Source: Candidatus Latescibacterota bacterium (GTDB lineage: Bacteria; Latescibacterota; UBA2968). From it: DNA of 64,000 nucleotides. Where the stretch lies: positions 6,048,001 to 6,112,000 of the forward strand of contig OZ240241.1 in NCBI GenBank assembly GCA_965198115.1. The letters run 5' to 3'. Position numbers and translations under genes: made by a program. A model generated the notes under the pieces. It worked only from the letters and a program-made list of their open reading frames with translations, did not search any database and was not told the origin of the DNA. Numbering within the stretch: position 1 is the stretch's first letter; each line of letters opens with the position of its first letter. This document shows positions 37,954 through 47,075 of this stretch, piece by piece.

Positions 37954-39617
37954 GACGTCTTGCCCATCCCATCCTGCTCGTATTATTCGGCGCTTGCACA
38001 TCGTCCCGGCCGCTCGTCACCGACCCCATCAAATGGGTCGACCTCGACAACGCGCCCATCCCCGAGCCGGCCGAAGTCGTCGAAAACCAGATCTGGGATA
38101 TCGCGGACCACACGATCTTCTATCAGCTCAGAAAAGTCATCGATGTGGGGTGGTCGGGACGTCGAATCGGAAACGCCCTCGGGGTCGCCGGCCATCGCCA
38201 GGCCGACAACGTCAACGCGCTCGACGAAGCCCCTGCGTCATCCTGGTTCCAAAACCGACACTACTTCCGTCGCCTGACCCGAGAGGAGCTCCAGATCGGC
38301 CCGGGTATCGCTGCCCCGGATTCAGAGAACGGATTGGAGGTCATCGCTGGAAAGTTCGAAGGAGGCACGGCCGGCTTCACGATTCGAGACAGCAGGGGTC
38401 AGCTTTACCTGCTCAAGTTCGACTCCGAAGGCAACAACGAGATGGGGTCCGCAGCCGAGGTCATTGCCACCAAAGTTTTCCACGCGTGCGGATACAACGT
38501 GCCCCGAAACTCTGTCTATTACTTCGATCCCGCTAAACTCAAGATCGGAGAGAAGACGACCGTCCCCGACGGAAAAGGCGGCAAGCACCCGATGCTCGAA
38601 GCCGATCTGCAGAGCATCCTCGACAACATCATCCCGCAGATGGACGGTCGGCTCCGGTGTGTGGCCAGCGAATTCTTGCGGGGGAGACCCGTCGGGATCT
38701 TCAACTACCACGGTCGACGCGAGGACGACCCGAACGACCGCGTTTCGCACGAGCATCGGCGCGAGCTGAGAGGCCTCCGCGTCATCGCGTCTTGGATGAA
38801 CGACGCGGATCGTCGCGCGGCCAATACGCTCGACATGTATGTCACGAACGGCGATCGACGAGGCTACGTGAAACATTACCTGATCGACATGGGCTCCGCG
38901 TTCGGCAGCAACAACCTCATGCCGCATCTCCCGAAATACGGGAACGAATACGTGTGGGACCCCGGCAACGTCGCAAAGTCCCTCGTAACGTTCGGATTTT
39001 GGGAAAAGCCCTGGGAGCGGCCTCTTCCCATGCCCTACCCCGCGCTCGGCTATTTCGAGAACGAAACGTTCGACGCCGAAGGATGGGTACCCACCTACCC
39101 GAATCCAGCCTTCGAAAGGACCACTGGCCGCGACGGGTATTGGAGCGCGAAGATCCTCCTGGCCTTCACCGACAACGATATCGCCGCGCTCGTCGAAATG
39201 GGCCACTACAGCGACCCCGGCGCAGCAGCGGAGCTGACACGATTGCTCATCGAACGACGCGACGAAATCGCCCGGTATTGGTTCACCCGGGTCAACCCTC
39301 TCGATCGGTTTACGGTCGATCGGCGGGGCATCAGGTTCCGTGATCTCGCCATCGACGGCGGACTCGAATCCCAGAGGGACACACGCTATCGCTACCGGTT
39401 CACCGGCGACAGCGGGCTGCCTTCGGGCCCCTTCCTGTCGCTCGAACCAGGCCAAACCGTTGCTCTGCCCGCAGATCTCCTCGCGGGGAGGTATTACGGG
39501 ATCGAGCTTCAGACCATCCGCATCAACGACAGGACCTGGAGCAAGGCCACTCGGGTCCTTTTCTTTAAACACGGACCCGGGCGCTACCAGATCGTCCGAG
39601 TCGAGCGAGAAGACTGA
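37950..39617 (+). CDS. Lipoprotein with atypical kinase fold (HipA / PI3-PI4-kinase-like motifs)
   Basis: Lipobox LFGA-C; GGTAGF..D..G..YLLKFD; AAEVIATKVFHACGYNVP; WMNDADRRAAN; HYLIDMGSAFG. Confidence 0.7.
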   Translation: MRRLAHPILLVLFGACTSSRPLVTDPIKWVDLDNAPIPEPAEVVENQIWDIADHTIFYQLRKVIDVGWSGRRIGNALGVAGHRQADNVNALDEAPASSWFQNRHYFRRLTREELQIGPGIAAPDSENGLEVIAGKFEGGTAGFTIRDSRGQLYLLKFDSEGNNEMGSAAEVIATKVFHACGYNVPRNSVYYFDPAKLKIGEKTTVPDGKGGKHPMLEADLQSILDNIIPQMDGRLRCVASEFLRGRPVGIFNYHGRREDDPNDRVSHEHRRELRGLRVIASWMNDADRRAANTLDMYVTNGDRRGYVKHYLIDMGSAFGSNNLMPHLPKYGNEYVWDPGNVAKSLVTFGFWEKPWERPLPMPYPALGYFENETFDAEGWVPTYPNPAFERTTGRDGYWSAKILLAFTDNDIAALVEMGHYSDPGAAAELTRLLIERRDEIARYWFTRVNPLDRFTVDRRGIRFRDLAIDGGLESQRDTRYRYRFTGDSGLPSGPFLSLEPGQTVALPADLLAGRYYGIELQTIRINDRTWSKATRVLFFKHGPGRYQIVRVERED

Positions 39618-39802
39618 TGAACGACGAACAGAAGAATCCGATCGAACGACTGCTGGGGCTATTCACCAAAGTACAGGCGGGCGAAGGGACGACTTGCTTG
39701 CTGCTCACACTGAACGTCTTCGCATTGCTCACCACCTACTACATCGTCAAACCCGTGCGTGAGGCGCTCATTCTCACGGGCGGTGGAGCCGAGGTCAAGA
39801 GT

Positions 39803-40444
39803 CATGACCTCCGGCAAAGCCGGAGGCTTGAAAACTTGTGAACCGCTCAAAGCGGTTGGAAACCAAGCGCCACCTAAAGGTGGCGATTACCTGAAAATGT
39901 TGAGCTGGTCGAGACGCCGGTCCTCCCGCTCCTGGTTCTGGATATACTCCCGAACCGTCTGTTCATCCTTGCCAACGGTGGAGACCCAGTAGCCTCTTGC
40001 CCAGAAATGCTGCCCGGTGAAGTTCGACCTAACCTACGTCCCAGATAGTTCCGAGCAATGTGAATCGCACTCTTTCCTTTGATGAACCCTACCGTCTGAG
40101 CTACTGAGTGCTTCGGCGGGATCGAAATCAGCATGTGCACATGGTCGGATCGCAGGTGACCCTCTTCCACACGGCATTCCTTCTGTGCGGCCAAATCCCG
40201 AATCACCTCGCCCAGATAGCGACGAATTTCACCATACAACACTTTTCTACGATACTTCCGAACCCAAACAACGTCATACTTGCACTCCCAAACCGTGTGA
40301 CGTAGACTCCTTACATTGTTCATTAGAGAGCCTTCCTTCCGTGTGCTTTGAGCGGTCCACGGCAAGGGAGGCTCTTACATATTTCTGGAACTGTCAAACT
40401 CTGGGAGTCTCCCCGGCAGAGCCGGGGGCTTACCAAGGTTTAGT
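39803..40444 (-). mobile_element. IS200/IS605 family element (tnpA only)
   Basis: Subterminal hairpins CCTCCGGC-AAA-GCCGGAGG and CCCCGGC-AGA-GCCGGGG; interrupts the NTT gene between Ser and Tyr codons. Confidence 0.9.
39887..40323 (-). pseudogene. tnpA: IS200 Y1 (HUH) transposase TnpA, frameshifted by a 5-bp duplication
   Basis: KYRRK, DHVHML, GFIKGKSA. Removing one ACCTA (40027-36) restores NFTGQHFWARGYWVSTVG...YIQNQ. Confidence 0.85.
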
Positions 40445-41637
40445 TATGCTGCGGCCGGACAGAGCATTCTGTTGCTCGGGGCCGTCCCGTTGTATGGTTT
40501 TCTCGCGGGCAAATTTGCCCGTCGCCGGCTGATTAACACCGTCACGTTATTCTTCGTGGCGTGTCTGGTCGTCTTCTACCTCCTGGCCCAGGCGAAGGTG
40601 CCACTCGGTGTCGTTTTCTACCTCTGGGTTGGCGTTTTTAACCTCATGGTCATCGCTCAGTTCTGGGCGTTTGCTAACGACATCTACAGTGTCGACGTCG
40701 GGAACCGCCTCTTCCCCGTCGTTGCGTTCGGCGCCTCTTCGGGAGCGGTTGTCGGCAGCGCTCTGGCCGAACGTCTGATCGCCCCGGTCGGCGTCTATCA
40801 GCTGCTTTTGTTGTCCGCGGGACTGCTTGCTCTGACCCTGCTCGTCACCAACGCCATCGATCGACGTGAGAAGACGCCTTCTGGCGAGGGCACCGTCGTC
40901 CAATCCGATGAACCACTTGGCGACGAAAATGCCTTCCTTCTCGTCCTGAAAATCGATACCTGTTGCTCATCGCATTCATGATCCTCGTGCTTAATTGGGT
41001 GAACACGACGGGAGAGTTTATCCTCGGCCGCACCGTCGCCGCGGCAGCAGCGCAGGCTGTTGCCGATGGCTCGTCCGGCGGCCTGAATGAAGCTCAGTTT
41101 ATCGGAAAATTCTACGCGGGCTTCTTCACAGTCGTGAACCTGGCGGGGATGGTCGTGCAGCTCTTCCTGGTCTCCCGAATCGTGCGGTTCCTGGGTCTCC
41201 GGGTTGCCATTCTCATCCTCCCGGTCATCGCCTTCGGCGGCTACGCGCTCCTGGCCTTTTTCCCGATCCTGGCAGTCGTGCGCTGGGCCAAGACCGCGGA
41301 GAACGCGACGGACTACTCGCTTCAGAACACGGTGCGGCAAATCCTCTTCCTGCCCACGACACGAGAGCAGAAATACAAGGCCAAACAGGCGATCGACGGC
41401 TTCTTCGTCAGGGCGGGTGACGTGCTCTCTGCGCTCCTCGTCTATGTCGGCTTGAACCTACTCACCTTCGGAACGGCAGATTTCGCCGTCTTCAACATGG
41501 TGCTCGTACTCGCGTGGATCGTCCTGTCCGTCCTCATCGCTCGTCACAATCGCCAACTCACCGAGGAAGACCGAGAAGCCGCCTAGCCCTTCCATCGAGC
41601 GGGTGCGTTCACAGACCCCGATTCCCTATTTCACTTA

Positions 41638-42931
41638 GGGTTTGCCACGAAATAAGTGCTGCACTTTTCAAGGTAATGATCTTACGCTCGGAGTGTGGAC
41701 GTCGAAACTCTCCGAACGAAGTATGAAGCCTTGGCTCCGGTGCTGACGGAACGCACGCGTCGTCTGTGGGCCGCCACGGAAGCCGAAGCGTTGGGTCACG
41801 GTGGGATCGCGATTGTGGCTCTGGCGACAGGAATGTCCAGAGAGCGGATCTTTCGTGGCATTCAGGAGTTGAGGTCGGACGAACCTTTGGACCCGGCTCG
41901 CATCCGGCGTCCAGGCGGCGGTCGTAAGCGGAAGGCCGACACGGACCCGACGCTGTGGCAGGACCTGAATGATCTGGTCGAGCCAACGACTGCGGGGTCG
42001 CCTGACGACAATCCTCTGAGATGGACATCGAAGAGCACTCGCAAACTGGCCGCCGAGTTGCAAGCGATGGGGCATTCGGTGAGCCCCAGGATCGTTGCCA
42101 ATCTCCTGCACGAACACGATTACACGCTGCAGGCGAATCGGAAGACAAGGGAGGGATCTGCACACCCGGATCGGGACGCTCAGTTCGTTTACCTCGATGA
42201 TCGGATTAGCCAGCAGCAGCAGCAGGGCCTTCCCGTTATCTCGGTGGACACCAAGAAGAAAGAGTTGATCGGCGACTTCAAGAATCCTGGCCGAGAATGG
42301 CGACCCAAGGGAGACCCGGAGCGTGTGAAGGTACACGATTTCATAGTGCCTGCTCAGGGCAAGGCGATCCCTTATGGAGTGTATGATCTGAGCCGTGATG
42401 AAGGCTGGGTAAGTGTCGGTATCGATCACGACACGGCCAGCTTCGCCGTGAATGCGATCCGAAGTTGGTGGAAGAACATGGGACGGCCCGCCTACGGCAC
42501 TTCGACGCATCTGCTAATCACGGCGGACGCAGGCGGCAGCAACGGCGCCAAGACGCGGCTGTGGAAGTGGGAGCTGCAGCGCTTTGCGAATCGCACTGGC
42601 CTGACGATCACCGTATGCCACTACCCTCCTGGCACTAGTAAGTGGAACAAGATCGAACATCGCCTGTTCTCCTTCATCGCTATGAACTGGGCGAGGCAAG
42701 CCCCTGGTCAGCCTGGCTGCAACCGTGAATCTCATTGCCGGAACGACCACTCAAGCCGGTCTCCGAGTACGCTCCGAGATCGACAAGCGACCCTACCCTA
42801 ACGGGGTCAAGGTGACCGATGAACAGATGACCCAAATCGATCTCACTCCGCACGATTTCCACGGCGACTGGAACTACACGATCCGGCCAATGGCTCAACA
42901 TTGAGATCGACCGTTTATTTATTCCGAACCC
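41638..42931 (+). mobile_element. ISAzo13 family insertion sequence, copy 1 (intergenic)
   Basis: Ends GGGTTTGCCACGAAATAAG / TTTATTTATTCCGAACCC, flanked by TA. Near-identical to the inverted copy at 46424-48341. Confidence 0.9.
41695..42904 (+). pseudogene. ISAzo13 transposase with +1 frameshift near 42690
   Basis: RIRRPGGGRK, ISVDTKKKE, ITADAGGSNG, PPGTSKWNKIEHRLFS. Has an extra G (AACTGGGCG) relative to copy 2. Confidence 0.85.
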
Positions 42932-42977
42932 TAATTTCCCAATTTCCTAATAGTCCTTCTCCTCGCATCTTTCAGCC

Positions 42978-45671
42978 GTGGCACGCATCCTCGACATTCG
43001 AGCCGGGGAACTCGGCAGACTGATCCCGCTTACCCTGGCCTACGGCTTCGTCCTGGCCTCGATCTACGTCCTGAAGCCCGTTCGCAACACCCTCTTTCTC
43101 GATCGAATCGGGATCGAGCAGCTCCCGTATGTGCTCATCCTCGTGGCAATCGTGGGCGGCATTTCCGCAACCCTCTACACCCGCCTGACCGATCGTATTC
43201 GGATCGATCGCCTGATTCTGGGCACGTTTCTATTCCTCGCGACCAACCTCCTCCTGTTCCAATGGCTCTTTTCTTTCAACCACCCATCGATCTACTACAT
43301 CTTCTACGTCTGGGTCAACCTCTACGGCCTGCTCGTCGTCTCGCTGCTCTGGCTCCAGGCGAACGCCTTGTTCAACCCCCGCGAAGCCCGCAGGCTGTTC
43401 GGACTCATCGGAACCGGAGGAATCGGCGGGGCGATTCTCGGTGGCGTCTTCACGCGCTGGGCGGCCGACAACGTCGGCACAGAAAACCTGACGTTCGTCT
43501 GCGCGGGAATCCTGGTCCTCTGCGCAGGACTCGTTCGGGTCGGGGGCCGGGCCGACGGTGACGCGTCGCCCCCCCGACGCGACGACGAGATCGGCGAAAG
43601 CGCCTTCGGGATCATCTGTCGGGTCGGGCTCCTCAAGCGGATCGCCACCATCGCGGCCATCACCGCCGTCGTCGCTGCCGTCGTCGACGTCCAGTTCAAC
43701 GAAGCCGTCAGCCGAGCCTACCCCTCGAGCGATCAGAAAACGGCGTTCTTCGGCGAGTTCTTCGCGTATCTCAACGGGTTCGCATTCCTGTTTCAGCTTC
43801 TCATCACACCGCTCGTCCTGCGCACCGTCGGTGTGGGACCCGCCTTGTGTGTCCTGCCCATCGCGACGGCTCTCGGGTCAGGCGCGATCCTGCTCCTTGG
43901 CGGAATCGTCGGCGGAATCGCCGTAAAAGTCGGCGACATCGGTTTCAGACACTCCATCCACAAGTCCGCGATGGAGATCCTCTATCTCCCGATCCCGCCC
44001 GGTATCAAAAACCGCGCAAAAGTGCTGCTCGACACCACCATCGACAACCTCGCAACCGGCGTCGGCGCGATCTTCGTGCTCGTCCTCACGACCGTCTTCG
44101 GCGTGGCTTACGGCGATCTCGCCTACCTGACGGTCGGTCTCGTAGTCCTCTGCATCGGCGTCCTCGTGAGTACACGCCGGGCCTACGTCGATGCCTTCCG
44201 ACGTGGGTTGGAACGCCGCGAAATCGATGCGGACGCGTTTCGCAGCGACTTCAGCGAATCTTCGATCGACGAGACCCTCAACAACGCGTTGCAGTCACCG
44301 CAGGAGCGGCAGCTCCTCTACGCCATCGACATGATCGGACTGATGGGGGCCCAGCGATGGAGGCCTGCCATCCAACCCCTGATCGACAACCCACATCCCG
44401 CCGTACGGGCGGCCGTACTCCGAACACTGACCGAGATCCCGGCCAGATTGCCCGACGACATCGTCGATCGTCTGGTCGAGGATGACGACTTCGACGTCCG
44501 GGTCGAAGCAATCCGCCAGCGGGTCGCCGACAACACGGACGCCCTCTCCATCCTCCTCTCACACGGCAGGACGGATCTGAAAGTCTCGGCACTGGCCTAC
44601 GTTTCCCGCTACGGGTCAGGTCGGGAAACGGATCTCGTAGACGCCCGCCTGATCGAAGAACTCATCGGCCACGGCGAAATGGCACGTGTGCAGGTGGCCC
44701 AGGCCCTCGGCCGGATCGATCGGCCCGACCTCCTCCCATATCTCGATGCTCTGAAGGACGACGCCCTGCCAGATGTCTTCGAGGCGGCCACCCGATCCCT
44801 CGGTCTCCTCAGGCAAGACGCGCAGATTCCGTGGCTCATCGAAAAGCTGGGCGACGGCCGCTACAGAGCGGCTGCCCGCGACGCCCTGATCGATTTTGGT
44901 GACGATGCGCTCGACCCCCTCGTTCGGGTCCTCAAAGATGCGACCCATGAGCTGCGGCAAAGACAGTCAGCGGCACGCACACTCGGATGCATCCCATCGG
45001 CACGAGCCGTCAGAGGTCTGATCGAAACGCTTTCCGAAGCGGTCGAATCCGATCTTGCGTACGAAGCCATCAAATCTCTCAACAAACTCCGCGAGGCGGG
45101 GACCCACACCGACGTGGAGACGGAGTTCCTCGACCGCAGACTCACGGTGCAAATCGAGCAGTTCTACGAGAGACGCCACGCACGCCACCTTCTCGAAACA
45201 TCGCCCGATACACCGGCATTTTCGTTGCTGAAGCAGACCCTTTTGGAGAAATCAGACCGAACGCTCGAATTCGCATTCCGCCTTTTGGGGTTGCAGTATC
45301 AGCCACGCGATGTGTACAATGCCTACCTGGGTGTGACGGGTCCAGATCGCCGCGTTCGGGCCAGCGCGATCGAATTTCTCGACAACATCCTGCATCGTCG
45401 TCATACCGAACTCATCGTGCCGTGCCTCGATCCTCAGTCGATCGATGATCTGATCGTCTTCGGTGCCGGACGGTTCGGCCAGAAATTCTGGACGGTCGAC
45501 GACGTCGTTTCCTATTTTATACAGCAGAACGACACCTGGTTGCGCGTCTGTGCCGTTCACTGTGTCAAGGACCTTGGAGTTCCCTATCTTCGGAACCTCG
45601 TTGAGAACCGCCGAAACGACGCCTCCTCTCTCGTCGTCGAAACGGCGAAATGGGTCCTTCATCAGTCGTAG
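42978..45671 (+). CDS. NTT/TLC family nucleotide translocase fused to HEAT repeats
   Basis: YVLKPVRNTLFL, REARRLFGLIG.GG, RHSIHKSAMEILYLP...KNRAKVLLD; C-terminal HEAT repeats; RASAIEFLDNIL; DTWLRVCA. Confidence 0.88.
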   Translation: MARILDIRAGELGRLIPLTLAYGFVLASIYVLKPVRNTLFLDRIGIEQLPYVLILVAIVGGISATLYTRLTDRIRIDRLILGTFLFLATNLLLFQWLFSFNHPSIYYIFYVWVNLYGLLVVSLLWLQANALFNPREARRLFGLIGTGGIGGAILGGVFTRWAADNVGTENLTFVCAGILVLCAGLVRVGGRADGDASPPRRDDEIGESAFGIICRVGLLKRIATIAAITAVVAAVVDVQFNEAVSRAYPSSDQKTAFFGEFFAYLNGFAFLFQLLITPLVLRTVGVGPALCVLPIATALGSGAILLLGGIVGGIAVKVGDIGFRHSIHKSAMEILYLPIPPGIKNRAKVLLDTTIDNLATGVGAIFVLVLTTVFGVAYGDLAYLTVGLVVLCIGVLVSTRRAYVDAFRRGLERREIDADAFRSDFSESSIDETLNNALQSPQERQLLYAIDMIGLMGAQRWRPAIQPLIDNPHPAVRAAVLRTLTEIPARLPDDIVDRLVEDDDFDVRVEAIRQRVADNTDALSILLSHGRTDLKVSALAYVSRYGSGRETDLVDARLIEELIGHGEMARVQVAQALGRIDRPDLLPYLDALKDDALPDVFEAATRSLGLLRQDAQIPWLIEKLGDGRYRAAARDALIDFGDDALDPLVRVLKDATHELRQRQSAARTLGCIPSARAVRGLIETLSEAVESDLAYEAIKSLNKLREAGTHTDVETEFLDRRLTVQIEQFYERRHARHLLETSPDTPAFSLLKQTLLEKSDRTLEFAFRLLGLQYQPRDVYNAYLGVTGPDRRVRASAIEFLDNILHRRHTELIVPCLDPQSIDDLIVFGAGRFGQKFWTVDDVVSYFIQQNDTWLRVCAVHCVKDLGVPYLRNLVENRRNDASSLVVETAKWVLHQS

Positions 45672-45704
45672 GGCACCCGGCCAGACGGGACACGACGGCC
45701 CCAT

Positions 45705-46126
45705 ATGCTGACCGTCGTCGAAAAGGTCATCTCGCTTCAGAGCGTCGATATCTTCTCGGAAGTTTCAACCGAGCAACTTTCGCACCTCGCCCTGATTGCG
45801 AACGAAGTGAATTACGAGGCCGAGGCGGTCATCTTCGAGGAGGCCGATCCTTCGGACTCGCTCTACCTCGTACTCGACGGTCGGGTTCGCTTGCACCGTC
45901 AAGAGCTCGACGTGACCGTCGCAGCCGCGAACGGCGTCTTCGGAACGTGGGCACTCTTTGACGACGAACCCGGGTGGTCACGGCCACCACGCTCGAATCG
46001 ACGACCGTCCTCCGCATCGACAAGGAGAATTTCGTCGACCTGTTGGCTGACCACGTTCAGATCACGCAGGGTGTGCTCAAGGCGCTCGTCAACCGACTGC
46101 GCACACTCGTCGGACGCGTCTCCTGA
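45705..46126 (+). CDS. Cyclic-nucleotide-binding domain protein; -1 frameshift near 45970
   Basis: EKVISLQSVDIF, IFEEAD.SDSLYLVLDGRV, FG..ALFD.EP(R)..TA. Adding one C restores the frame to TGA 46126. Confidence 0.82.
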
Positions 46127-46441
46127 TCGGGTTTTTCCTTCCGTTTCCGAATAACTAACGAAGGCACGCCACGATGGTAGAAAAAGGACAGCTGGTCATC
46201 GTCGATGACGAGGAAATGGTGCTCACGAGCATCAATTCCTTCCTCATGCTCGAGACGGAATACGATGTCTCGACCTTTACGTCGGCCAAAGAAGCGATCA
46301 CCTTCATCGAACAGAACGATGTCGACCTCGTCATATCCGACTACCTCATGCCAGAAATGGACGGTATCTCCTTTCTCGCAACGGTCCGAGACATCAAACC
46401 CGAGATCCCTCGCATCATCCTAAGGGTTCGCGAATAAATAA

Positions 46442-47057
46442 GGCTATATCCGGATCTCTCAACGAGATGAAGTGGGTGAAGGTGCCGTGGTTCCTGGCAT
46501 GGGGGCGCGGTTAGAGTGTGCGGAACCTCTTCGGAATCTGCTCAGGGATGTTTATGTCTCCGACGGTAAGGAAGATCATATCGTTGAATGCGTCGAGTGT
46601 GCGGAATCCGCTGGCTCGGTTCTTGACGATTTGGACGATTCGGTTGAGGCCTTCGGCGATGGCGTTGGTAAGACGCGTGTTCACGAATGCGAGGACGCCG
46701 AAGAAGTGCTGTCGCAGGGTCCTGACGAACTTTCGCAGGGGTTCAAGTCGACTTCTGAGTGCGGACGTCGTCCAGCATTTCAGGAAGCGTTCGGCAGCCC
46801 AGGGCGCTTTGTATTCCCAGAACTGCTCGAACTCGTCCTTGAGTCTCCAGGCTCTATAGATTCGGTAGTTCGCCTCCTCAAACCACCAGCTGACAACACG
46901 GAACCCCTTGAATCTCAGCAGTTTCGATAGTAATCTGCTCCCGGTCATAGGTCGCACCCCCTTCGCTTTGATTGTCCTACACACACAACCAAGCGTAGGG
47001 AACGATCTATGACCTTGTCATTCTATAGTTTCACCGTTGAGAAACCCGGATAGAGCC
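46442..47057 (-). mobile_element. Internally deleted (non-autonomous) ISL3 family element
   Basis: IRs GGCTATATCCGGATCTCTCAACG / GGCTCTATCCGGGTTTCTCAACG, 8-bp TSD ATAAATAA. Residual ORF carries the ISL3 C-terminal motif TNAIAEGLNRIVQIVKNRASGFR. Confidence 0.88.
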
Positions 47058-47075
47058 ATAAATAAACGGTCGATC

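Larger units (their letters stand above)
39617..41586 (+). pseudogene. NTT/TLC family (Npt1/Npt2) nucleotide translocase, split by IS200 and frameshifted near 40950
   Basis: YYIVKPVREAL...AEVKS | YAAAGQ rejoin across the IS. FWAFANDIY and DYSLQNTVRQILFLP...KYKAKQAIDGFFVRAGD. One A missing from CTGAAAATCGA. Confidence 0.85.

Noticed and set aside
37950-39617. HipA toxin of a HipBA toxin-antitoxin module
   Set aside because: It has a lipoprotein signal and no adjacent HTH antitoxin; the context is envelope and transport genes.
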